Shown: piece by piece, positions 25,162 to 32,000 of the stretch
How the letters are laid out: each line of letters begins with the position of its first letter
Numbering within the stretch: the first letter of the stretch is position 1
Assembly: GCA_026625185.1 (NCBI GenBank)
Contig: CP113000.1
Coordinates: forward strand, 300,001 to 332,000
Origin: Thermodesulfobacteriota bacterium
Lineage (GTDB): Bacteria > Desulfobacterota > WTBG01 > JAGOGO01
DNA length: 32,000 nucleotides
Reading direction: 5' to 3'
Translations under genes and position numbers: made by a program
The notes under the pieces: generated by a model
The model's input: the letters and a program-made list of their open reading frames with translations, nothing else
Database searches by the model: none
Told to the model about the DNA's origin: nothing

Positions 25162-25920
25162 TCACCTTTCTAGCGAATTAGGCTGATCGGTTAGGATACC
25201 AATGGTATGATGCGCCGCATTAAACTGGTACATAAATCCGGTTTCCGGGACAACCTTGTTGATGTACTGGTCAATCCATTGATTTACCTTAGTGATGGTG
25301 GTTCTCGGCACATACACGATGTCGTACGGTTCCAGGTAAAACAGCTGTTTTTCTTCTTTGCCGGCTAAAGCGTTTCTACAGTCAAGAGCGCACCCGTACC
25401 GCTGCCCATTTTTATGGCGGATAATAATGACATTTTTAACATTCGCTGATCGCATATCGAATCCCCCAGCGTGCATGATCGCCTCCAAAGGAGTCATCCG
25501 TCCGGGCATATCAATTTGTCCTGGTGTTTTTACTTCTCCACCCACATATATTCGGGCTTGATACAACTTTCTGGTAATGACCGCGAGCTCTGAGTGTTGC
25601 AGGTAGGGTTTACAACGAGTCATCAGTTCTCCTCGCAGGGCTTCCGGGGTCTTTCCATCAGCAACAACATCACCAATCAGTTGCAGCTGTATTTTCCCAT
25701 CAGGACGTACGGTTAAAGCTTCACTGAATTGCGGGGCGTAGGTAAATTTAACCTCAATAATATCACCCGGACCTAATGTGGTTTCGGTTATGATTTCCGC
25801 CTGCATCTCTTGAGCAGTCTTTGCAGGATGATGCGAACAACCAGTTAAAGGAAGCACCAAAAAAATAATTATCAAAAAAGCGAATATTAGCTTGGCTTTT
25901 ACATTAATACATAATTTCAT
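25162..25920 (-). CDS. Wza-like outer-membrane polysaccharide export lipoprotein (Poly_export + SLBB)
   Basis: Lipobox LPLTGC. LGPGDIIEVKF...VRPDGKIQLQLIGDVVADGKTPEAL is the Poly_export signature. SD GGGGAGGT lies upstream. Confidence 0.9.
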   Translation of the reverse strand: MKLCINVKAKLIFAFLIIIFLVLPLTGCSHHPAKTAQEMQAEIITETTLGPGDIIEVKFTYAPQFSEALTVRPDGKIQLQLIGDVVADGKTPEALRGELMTRCKPYLQHSELAVITRKLYQARIYVGGEVKTPGQIDMPGRMTPLEAIMHAGGFDMRSANVKNVIIIRHKNGQRYGCALDCRNALAGKEEKQLFYLEPYDIVYVPRTTITKVNQWIDQYINKVVPETGFMYQFNAAHHTIGILTDQPNSLER

Positions 25921-26101
25921 CTGGTTTTACCTCCCCGTTTATTTATTTAAGATTTTTGTTTCTTGAACTCAAATCTTCTCATTAGATTAGACTAAATTCT
26001 TAAATAAGCAGCTATGAAAAAAATTATTTACTCTTGTTTTGCTTTCCCGAGTTATCTTTGTAGTGCAATGACTCCAAAGGCCATCCCTGCGCCAGAAATA
26101 A

Positions 26102-26136
26102 AAAGCCGGATTGCTTTTTATTGGTAACCCGGCTTT
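26102..26136 (-). other. terminator-like hairpin inside the long leader upstream of the Wza-like gene
   Basis: An 8 bp stem AAAGCCGG/CCGGCTTT (26102-26109 and 26129-26136) with a 19 nt loop. On the minus strand the stem runs into TTTTTATTT. The large loop makes it weak. Confidence 0.25.
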
Positions 26137-26856
26137 CTTAAATTTTAAGATCCGTGGCTTTCCGGCCCAGCCTCACGACTGGTGTGGCTTTATCATACGA
26201 ATATTATCTTTTAAAGTTGATGTGTTAATAAATATCACAGCAAATATTATACCAACAGAGAAAACCTGTATTGAGACAGGAATTTTAAAAAATAATAACC
26301 GGTAAAAATTCACCCTCCAAGGCTATTGGTCGATTTCTCTCTGGATGTAGTGCTCTAACTCGGATATTTGGACAATATATTGCGTAGCCTCCAGTTTTGA
26401 TTTAAACATTTTTCCATCCGCAAATCGAAAATTTGCCGATAGTTTTCTATTCTATGCTTTTTTGTTTATACAAATTTTTGGAACCTTTTTGACAATTATT
26501 GGCATTCATGTAAAGATTAAGCATCCCAAATAAAAAAATTGTAAATAATTTTAAAGAGTTTTTTAAAAAAAGCAAACTAAAAAATTAGGTATTTTTAAAA
26601 ATTTTAATTTGTTACTGTTATTGCCAAAAAATTTCACCTCTAAATAAAAAAATTCTTCTAATTACTGATACTCGTCCAATAATCGGCTCTTTTTTCCCAT
26701 CCCACAATCATGTCAGATTTTTTACTCCTCTACAAGTCCCTTTTCCCCCTTACTTTATGACCCCTTATCCTCTCTTGCCTATCAGCTTTTAACCACTCTC
26801 TTTCACGATGAGCCACAAAAGTTTTTCAACCGCCCGTTAAGTTGATTGATATTGTT

Positions 26857-26886
26857 TTGTCAATTATGTTAAATTGTGCTTATTAA
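26857..26886 (+). promoter_or_regulatory. candidate sigma70-type promoter for the TPR gene
   Basis: TTGTCA (26857-26862), an 18 nt spacer, then TATTAA (26881-26886), about 50 nt upstream of the ATG at 26937. Confidence 0.3.
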
Positions 26887-26936
26887 AAAACTTCTTTTAG
26901 TTTTTAATTAACCCAACGGAAGGAAATAGCAAATAA

Positions 26937-28727
26937 ATGCAGTCTGCCTTTGTTAAATATTTTCTGATGGCTATCTCGATAGCGAGTTTTTTTTATTGTT
27001 CCAGTTGCACTCATGTTCCGGAGCAGGCTTCCCCGAACCCGGCGATTCCCACTCCTGTACAATCAGAAGAGAGCAAAATTCCTTTACCTTCCTCAGCGGT
27101 TCAAGAAAAAGCCGAAGCAAAAGCAGAAGAAAAAGTAGATTTGCCCAAAGACTCCCGCGCCTATCGCTCTTTTCTTTTAGCCCAATCTTTTCAATTGAAT
27201 GGTGAAAATGCAAAAGCCCTCAAAGCATACCAGGATGCTTTAATCTATGACCCCAATTCTCCGGTCATTCAAACAGACATTGCTGCCATTTACTTAAAGC
27301 AGGGAAAGATAGACGAAGCGCGTAATCTTTGTAAGCAAGCACTGACTCATAACGCCCGTTATCTCCCGGCGAACTTGCTTATGGCGCGAATTTATTTAGG
27401 CAGTAAAGATTATGATGCTGCTATTGCTCAATATGAAACAATTATCAATCTGGCTCCGGACGATGAAGAAAACTACCTTTACTTGGGAAACCTTTACGCG
27501 GAGAAAAATAAATACGAAAAAGCGCTCACCACCCTAAAGACTTTGCTCACCAAAGACCAGAATTCTTTAATGGGTCTCTATTACCTGGGAAGAATCTATG
27601 CCCAGATGAAACAGTATGAGGAGTCCGTTTTATATTTTAAAAAAGCTTTAAAAATTAACCCTAACTTTGAGGCGGCAATGATTGACCTTGCGATAGTTCA
27701 CGAAACTCAGGGAAAAATGCAGGAAGCAATTTCCGATTATGAAAAGCTTCTGGAATTTTATCCGAACAACAGCCGGGTAGTGGACCACTTGGGAAATCTT
27801 TATCTTCGGCAGAAAAATTACGATAAAGCCATCGATACCTTTAAAAGCATAGAAAGTTTTGGGCCGAGCAGCATAGATGTAAGCGCCAAAATCGGGCTTA
27901 TCTACCTGGAACAGGGAGACTATGATAAAGCAATTTCAAAATTCGAATTTATTCTGGTAACAAAACCTGATTTTCATATGGCGCGGTATTATCTTGCCTT
28001 ATGCTATGAAAAGAAAAAAAATTATGAAAAGGCCCTACAGGAATTCCAAAAAATTCCTTCTGGATCGGAAGAATACGTTGATGCGATAATCCAGATCGGC
28101 AATATTTTTGTTGACCAGAAGAACTTTCCCAAAGCGGTTCAGACGGTTAAGGAAGCTCTCTCCATCAAAAAAGATAGTACCAGTCTGATCGCTTATTTGG
28201 GTGCCCTTTACGAAGAGACCAAACAGTATGAAGAGGCGACGATGATCTTGAGGGATGCAATTAAGCAGGAACCGAAAAATTTCAAGTTACATTATCAATT
28301 GGGAGTCGTCTACGACAAGATGGGTAAATTTGAAGAAGCTATCCAGGAAATGAAAAAAGTTTTGGAACTTAATCCCCAAAATGCCGATGCCCTTAATTAC
28401 ATTGGTTACTCATATGCGGACCGAGGAATGAAGTTGGATGAAGCTGAAGAACTTATAAAAAAAGCGATGACCTTAAAACCGAACGATGGATATATCACCG
28501 ATAGTTTAGGGTGGGTTTATTTTAAAAAAGGAATGATCAAAGAAGCCCTCAATGAGTTGGAAAAAGCCGTCACCTTAGTGCCCGATGATTCCGTGATCAT
28601 CGAACATCTCGGAGATGTCTACCTCAAATCAGGGGAAAAAAATAAGGCCAAAGCCCAGTACGAGCGGGCCTTAAAAATCGATCCGGAACAGAAAAAAATT
28701 AAGGAAAAATTAGAAAATCTGAAATAG
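26937..28727 (+). CDS. TPR-repeat protein with an N-terminal signal-like segment (PrsT/PelB/AlgK-like scaffold candidate)
   Basis: More than 12 tandem 34 aa TPR units (for example AKALKAYQDALIYDPNSPVIQTDIAAIYLKQGKIDEA). Hydrophobic N-terminus with Cys residues (ISIASFFYCSSC). It is divergent from the EPS operon. Confidence 0.9.
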   Translation: MQSAFVKYFLMAISIASFFYCSSCTHVPEQASPNPAIPTPVQSEESKIPLPSSAVQEKAEAKAEEKVDLPKDSRAYRSFLLAQSFQLNGENAKALKAYQDALIYDPNSPVIQTDIAAIYLKQGKIDEARNLCKQALTHNARYLPANLLMARIYLGSKDYDAAIAQYETIINLAPDDEENYLYLGNLYAEKNKYEKALTTLKTLLTKDQNSLMGLYYLGRIYAQMKQYEESVLYFKKALKINPNFEAAMIDLAIVHETQGKMQEAISDYEKLLEFYPNNSRVVDHLGNLYLRQKNYDKAIDTFKSIESFGPSSIDVSAKIGLIYLEQGDYDKAISKFEFILVTKPDFHMARYYLALCYEKKKNYEKALQEFQKIPSGSEEYVDAIIQIGNIFVDQKNFPKAVQTVKEALSIKKDSTSLIAYLGALYEETKQYEEATMILRDAIKQEPKNFKLHYQLGVVYDKMGKFEEAIQEMKKVLELNPQNADALNYIGYSYADRGMKLDEAEELIKKAMTLKPNDGYITDSLGWVYFKKGMIKEALNELEKAVTLVPDDSVIIEHLGDVYLKSGEKNKAKAQYERALKIDPEQKKIKEKLENLK

Positions 28728-28768
28728 TAGGGACGACCGACCGGGCGCCCCTACTCGGATTTTTATTT
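28726..28768 (+). terminator. rho-independent terminator between the convergent TPR and SPFH genes
   Basis: A GC-rich hairpin pairs AGTAGGG (28726-28732) with CCCTACT (28749-28755), with extra inner pairs. It is followed by ATTTTTATTTAT. Confidence 0.6.
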
Positions 28769-29524
28769 ATTGCTGTCGGTCAGCTTTGATAAAAAAGGCT
28801 TGATCAAGTCAATAGGGATGGGGAAAAGCGTGGTTGAGTTCTTTTCCGATGCCACCTCGCGCAAGGTTTGGAGATAGCGGAGCTGTAGGGCCATGGGGTT
28901 AGGAGCCATGAGATCTGCGGCTTCAACCAGCTTGGCCGCTGCCTGAAATTCTCCCTCCGCGTGGATAACTTTTGCCCTTCGTTCTCGTTCTGCTTCAGCT
29001 TGTTTGGCCATCGCCCTTTTCATCTCATCCGGCAAATCAATTTGCTTCACTTCCACGTTCGTGACTTTTATTCCCCAGGGACCAGAATGCTTGTCCAGGA
29101 TTTCCTGGAGGTGAGCGTTGACCTTTTCGCGCTCCGATAAAAGTTCATCCAACGCTGCCTGTCCGCAAACGCTTCTCAGGGTAGTTTGAGAAAGCTGGGA
29201 AGTAGCATAGAGATAGTTTTCCACCTCCACGACTGCCTTATTCGGGTCCATCACCCGAAAATAAACGACCGCATTCACTTTAATCGAAACATTATCCCGG
29301 GTGATAACATCCTGAGGCGGGACTTCCAAGGCCACGAGCCTGAGGCTTACTCTCTGCATCTTATCAACTATGGGGATAAGAATGATCAAACCCGGTCCTT
29401 TTGCCCCAATCAGTCTCCCTAATCGGAAGATAACCCCGCGCTCATATTCATTTAAAATTTTAATGGCACTCATTAAAAACATAACTACCACTACAACGAC
29501 AAAAATAAGAAGCGGTGAAAACAT
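28763..29524 (-). CDS. SPFH/band-7 (stomatin-like, slipin) membrane protein
   Basis: An N-terminal TM is followed by [15 protein letters not shown]...GPGL..IIP..D, a coiled-coil region and an AEAERE-rich region. SD AAGGAGG lies upstream. Confidence 0.9.
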   Translation of the reverse strand: MFSPLLIFVVVVVVMFLMSAIKILNEYERGVIFRLGRLIGAKGPGLIILIPIVDKMQRVSLRLVALEVPPQDVITRDNVSIKVNAVVYFRVMDPNKAVVEVENYLYATSQLSQTTLRSVCGQAALDELLSEREKVNAHLQEILDKHSGPWGIKVTNVEVKQIDLPDEMKRAMAKQAEAERERRAKVIHAEGEFQAAAKLVEAADLMAPNPMALQLRYLQTLREVASEKNSTTLFPIPIDLIKPFLSKLTDSNK

Positions 29525-29538
29525 GTTAGTCCTCCTTT

Positions 29539-30846
29539 CTATCTATCTTTTTTAATAAATTTTTTGACCTTAATTTTTAAACCATTTATTTCGACAACCT
29601 CCACCTCCTCTCCTTCCTCAATCACCTCCTCACTATAAGCATTCCAGTATTCTCCATGAACAAAGACTTTGCCGCGGGGAGCAATTCGGTTTATCACAAC
29701 TCCGACTAAACCGATCATCCCTTCCGAACCCGATGCTGGTTTTCGTATATAGGCTCGAAAGGCTATTGTCGCAACCGTAATAAAAAATCCTGCGGTGATA
29801 ACAATAGTAGCGATCAACACTGTAAGTGAAGGCCTTAAATAAGGCGACGTGGAGTCAAAGAGCATCAGAGATCCGAAGAGGAGACAGATTGTACCCCCGA
29901 TGCTCAACAGGCCGTAGCTCGCGACCTTAATCTCCGCGAGAAATAAAATAATAGCCAGGATGATAAAAAGAATACCCGCATAATTGACTGATAAGACCTG
30001 GAATGAATAAAAGGCCAAAATTAAACAGATCGCTCCGATTACCCCGGGGAAAATCGCTCCCGGATGAGCCAGCTCAAAATAAAGCCCGGCTACCCCAAGC
30101 ATCATCAGGATATAGGCGATATTAGGATCTGTTAAGGTAGCTAAAATCTTTTCCCGGAGGGTCATCTTCAGGTCTTTCACCGTTGCTCCCTTAGTGGCAA
30201 GAATAACCTTTTTGCCATCAATATCTACTTCCCGGCCGTCAAGCTTCTGGAGAAGGTCATCCAGGTTAGGACTCACCAAATCAATGACCTTAATTTTTAA
30301 TGCCTCATCAGCTTTTATGGAAACACTTTCACGCACCGCTTTCTCAGCCCACTCAATGTTCCGTTTCCTTTTCGTGGCAATACTCTGGATATAGGCGACC
30401 GCATCGTTTTCTACCTTTTCCGACATCTCCCGGCTCATCTTTCCTCCACCCATGGATACGGGATGAGCAGCCCCAATATTGGTGCCGGGCGCCATGGCCG
30501 CTACATGCGCGGCCATGGTGATGAGTACCCCGGCGGAAGCTGCCCGGGCTCCATCAGGAGCGACATAGACAATGATAGGAACATGAGTATTCAGTATCTC
30601 TTTAATAATCTGCCGCATAGAGGTATCGAGGCCACCCGGGGTATCAAGCTTAATGATCAGGCATTGCGCTGATTCCTTCTCGGTAGCTTTGATGCTGTCG
30701 ATAATATATTCGGCAGAAACCGGATTAATGATGCTATCTACTTCGATGAGGTTGACCGTATTGCCTCCAGAAAAGACGATAAGCGGCAAAGAAAAAAGTA
30801 AAAGAAGAAAAATTAGTTTTTCCCCCGTGTTTTTTGCAAACTTCAT
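29539..30846 (-). CDS. NfeD-like membrane-bound ClpP-class serine protease (stomatin operon partner)
   Basis: ClpP-like N-domain ([11 protein letters not shown]..., AASAGVLI), central TM bundle and C-terminal NfeD OB-fold ([12 protein letters not shown]). I chose the ATG at 30846, which overlaps the udg stop as ATGA; the ORF track extends to 30906. Confidence 0.85.
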   Translation of the reverse strand: MKFAKNTGEKLIFLLLLFSLPLIVFSGGNTVNLIEVDSIINPVSAEYIIDSIKATEKESAQCLIIKLDTPGGLDTSMRQIIKEILNTHVPIIVYVAPDGARAASAGVLITMAAHVAAMAPGTNIGAAHPVSMGGGKMSREMSEKVENDAVAYIQSIATKRKRNIEWAEKAVRESVSIKADEALKIKVIDLVSPNLDDLLQKLDGREVDIDGKKVILATKGATVKDLKMTLREKILATLTDPNIAYILMMLGVAGLYFELAHPGAIFPGVIGAICLILAFYSFQVLSVNYAGILFIILAIILFLAEIKVASYGLLSIGGTICLLFGSLMLFDSTSPYLRPSLTVLIATIVITAGFFITVATIAFRAYIRKPASGSEGMIGLVGVVINRIAPRGKVFVHGEYWNAYSEEVIEEGEEVEVVEINGLKIKVKKFIKKDR

Positions 30847-31601
30847 GCCTTGTCCTCCAATAATTTCTGGATTAACTGCATATCCTGCCACACCTCCCGT
30901 TTCCATTGCGGATTCCGAAGCAGGGACGCCGGATGAAACGTGGGAATTACTTTGATCTGCTGAAATTCACCCATTTTCCCTCTCAGCTTTGAGATCCTTT
31001 CGGTGGTTCCCAATAAGGTCTGAGCGGCAAACTTTCCGAGCGCGCAAATAAAACGTGGTCGGATGATTTCAAGCTGCTTTTTAAGAAAAGGGAAACAGGC
31101 TTCAATCTCCTCGGGTTTTGGGTCCCGATTTTTCGGCGGGCGGCACTTGATGACATTGCAGATATAAACATCTTCCCGCCTCAGTTTAATGGACTGAATG
31201 ATCCGGGTTAACAGCTGCCCCGCTTCACCCACAAAAGGTTCCCCCGCCTTGTCTTCGTCTCCTCCCGGAGCCTCACCCACAAACACGAGCGAAGCGTGGG
31301 GGTTTCCCTTCCCAAAGACAATGTTTTTCCGGTAGGAAAATAAACTGCACCGGGTGCATTCCCCAAGTTCTTCCCGCACGGTATCTAAGGTGCCGGGGGT
31401 ACAAGCGAGCGTTTTCTTTTTTGGAGAAAAATTTTCTTCTAACCCATCAAGTAACTTTACCACCTCTTGCGCATCATCCGAAGCAAGAGCCTCCATTCCC
31501 AAGGTGTGCTGGTGCTTGAGATAAATGGTAAGGTCATTGACAATTTCCTGAAAATCTTTAAAAGCGTTTTCAGACATACGGCGCGTGAAAAAGGTTAGCA
31601 T
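30843..31601 (-). CDS. udg: family 4 uracil-DNA glycosylase (4Fe-4S type) with an ~80 aa N-terminal extension
   Basis: CTRCSL...[37 protein letters not shown]...IKCRPP and HPASLLR are family 4 UDG motifs. Confidence 0.9.
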   Translation of the reverse strand: MLTFFTRRMSENAFKDFQEIVNDLTIYLKHQHTLGMEALASDDAQEVVKLLDGLEENFSPKKKTLACTPGTLDTVREELGECTRCSLFSYRKNIVFGKGNPHASLVFVGEAPGGDEDKAGEPFVGEAGQLLTRIIQSIKLRREDVYICNVIKCRPPKNRDPKPEEIEACFPFLKKQLEIIRPRFICALGKFAAQTLLGTTERISKLRGKMGEFQQIKVIPTFHPASLLRNPQWKREVWQDMQLIQKLLEDKA

Positions 31602-31607
31602 TCAGAA

Positions 31608-32000
31608 TTAATTTCTTGACCTTCGGGCTTCTGTCTTCTGGCGCCTGGCTTCTGATTGTAGCGCTATTACCTTATCGAGAATTTTGTGTGCCAGGAGTTC
31701 CTTGCTCATTTGGGGAAGCTTCTCGGATTTTCCATTCCGACAAAGGAGGGTCACGATATTGGTATTCGTTTCAAAGCCTGCTCCGGGCTGAGTAACATCA
31801 TTTGCAACGATGAGGTCAACATTTTTCGTTTGTAGCTTTTGCTGAGCATTGGCAAGGAGGTCTTCGGTTTCCGCCGCAAAGCCAACCAAAAAAACAGTGC
31901 CCTTTTTCTTGCCCATTGCTGCCAAAATATCCGGGGTCTTAACCAGGGCAATAGTTAGGTTGTTTTTTTCTTTTTTGATTTTTTTTGGTGAGAACTCAGC
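31608..32000 (-). CDS. coaBC: phosphopantothenoylcysteine decarboxylase / phosphopantothenate-cysteine ligase, C-terminal part (5' end lies outside the window)
   Basis: The frame is open to the window edge. LVKTPDILAA...VGFAAETEDLLANAQQKLQTKNVDLIVANDV matches the CoaB C-terminus. Confidence 0.85.
   Translation of the reverse strand, partial: AEFSPKKIKKEKNNLTIALVKTPDILAAMGKKKGTVFLVGFAAETEDLLANAQQKLQTKNVDLIVANDVTQPGAGFETNTNIVTLLCRNGKSEKLPQMSKELLAHKILDKVIALQSEARRQKTEARRSRN

Noticed and set aside
26014-26305. Small plus-strand ORFs in the long leader: a 37 aa ATG ORF (26014-26127, MKKIIYSCFAFPSYLCS...) and the 64 aa TTG ORF (26111-26305).
   Set aside because: Neither has an SD-like sequence upstream. 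The 64 aa ORF starts at TTG and has an implausible composition. The 37 aa ORF has a lipoprotein-like look but nothing supports it. I treat the region as non-coding.
25921-26936. A sigma54 promoter (TGGCAC-N5-TTGC) or a JUMPStart/ops element (GGCGGTAG) in the EPS leader.
   Set aside because: I scanned both strands by eye. The nearest candidates (GGCAAA...TTTGCG near 26420-26440, TGGAAC-N5-TGAC near 26479) have the wrong spacing or lack the GC dinucleotide. No ops match was found.
1-32000. CRISPR arrays, tRNA/rRNA genes, IS elements, integrases, or prophage or defence-island signatures.
   Set aside because: No spaced direct-repeat arrays and no cloverleaf-like or rRNA-like segments were noticed. 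None of the listed ORFs shows transposase, integrase or phage motifs.

Overview
Bacterial chromosomal window, moderately AT-rich. I saw no rRNA, tRNA, CRISPR array, transposase or integrase. Housekeeping genes sit at both ends: an rpe fragment, a ttcA-like gene, radC, an XRE regulator, an orphan receiver protein, an aminotransferase and purC on the left, and SPFH/NfeD, a family-4 uracil-DNA glycosylase and a coaBC fragment on the right. They flank a roughly 22 kb Wzx/Wzy-dependent exopolysaccharide (EPS) locus at about 6.7-28.7 kb, almost entirely on the minus strand. The locus encodes a divergent TPR protein, a Wza-like exporter, a Wzc-like co-polymerase, a priming sugar transferase, and a WbpB/WbpD/WbpE-like trio for a 2,3-diacetamido sugar. 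It also encodes a polysaccharide deacetylase, Wzx, a Wzy/O-antigen-ligase-like protein, a GT2, a DUF354 protein, an AsnB-like protein, a GH16-like secreted protein, an ExeA-like ATPase and an FGE-like protein. The gene set resembles exosortase (PEP-CTERM)-associated EPS loci, but no exosortase is present. The observations most worth follow-up are: (1) the priming transferase carries an N-terminal degenerate GGDEF-like domain that keeps an RxxD I-site at the canonical spacing; (2) the co-polymerase kinase domain looks like a pseudokinase; (3) an ExeA-like AAA+ protein with LysM and SPOR domains is translationally linked to an FGE-like protein lacking the catalytic Cys pair; (4) an AsnB-like protein lacks the glutaminase Cys; (5) homopolymer tracts sit at two gene starts; (6) a ~1 kb non-coding leader lies upstream of the operon; (7) a conserved ~45 nt palindrome-containing element occurs twice. 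All functional calls rest on motif recognition by eye; no database search was run.
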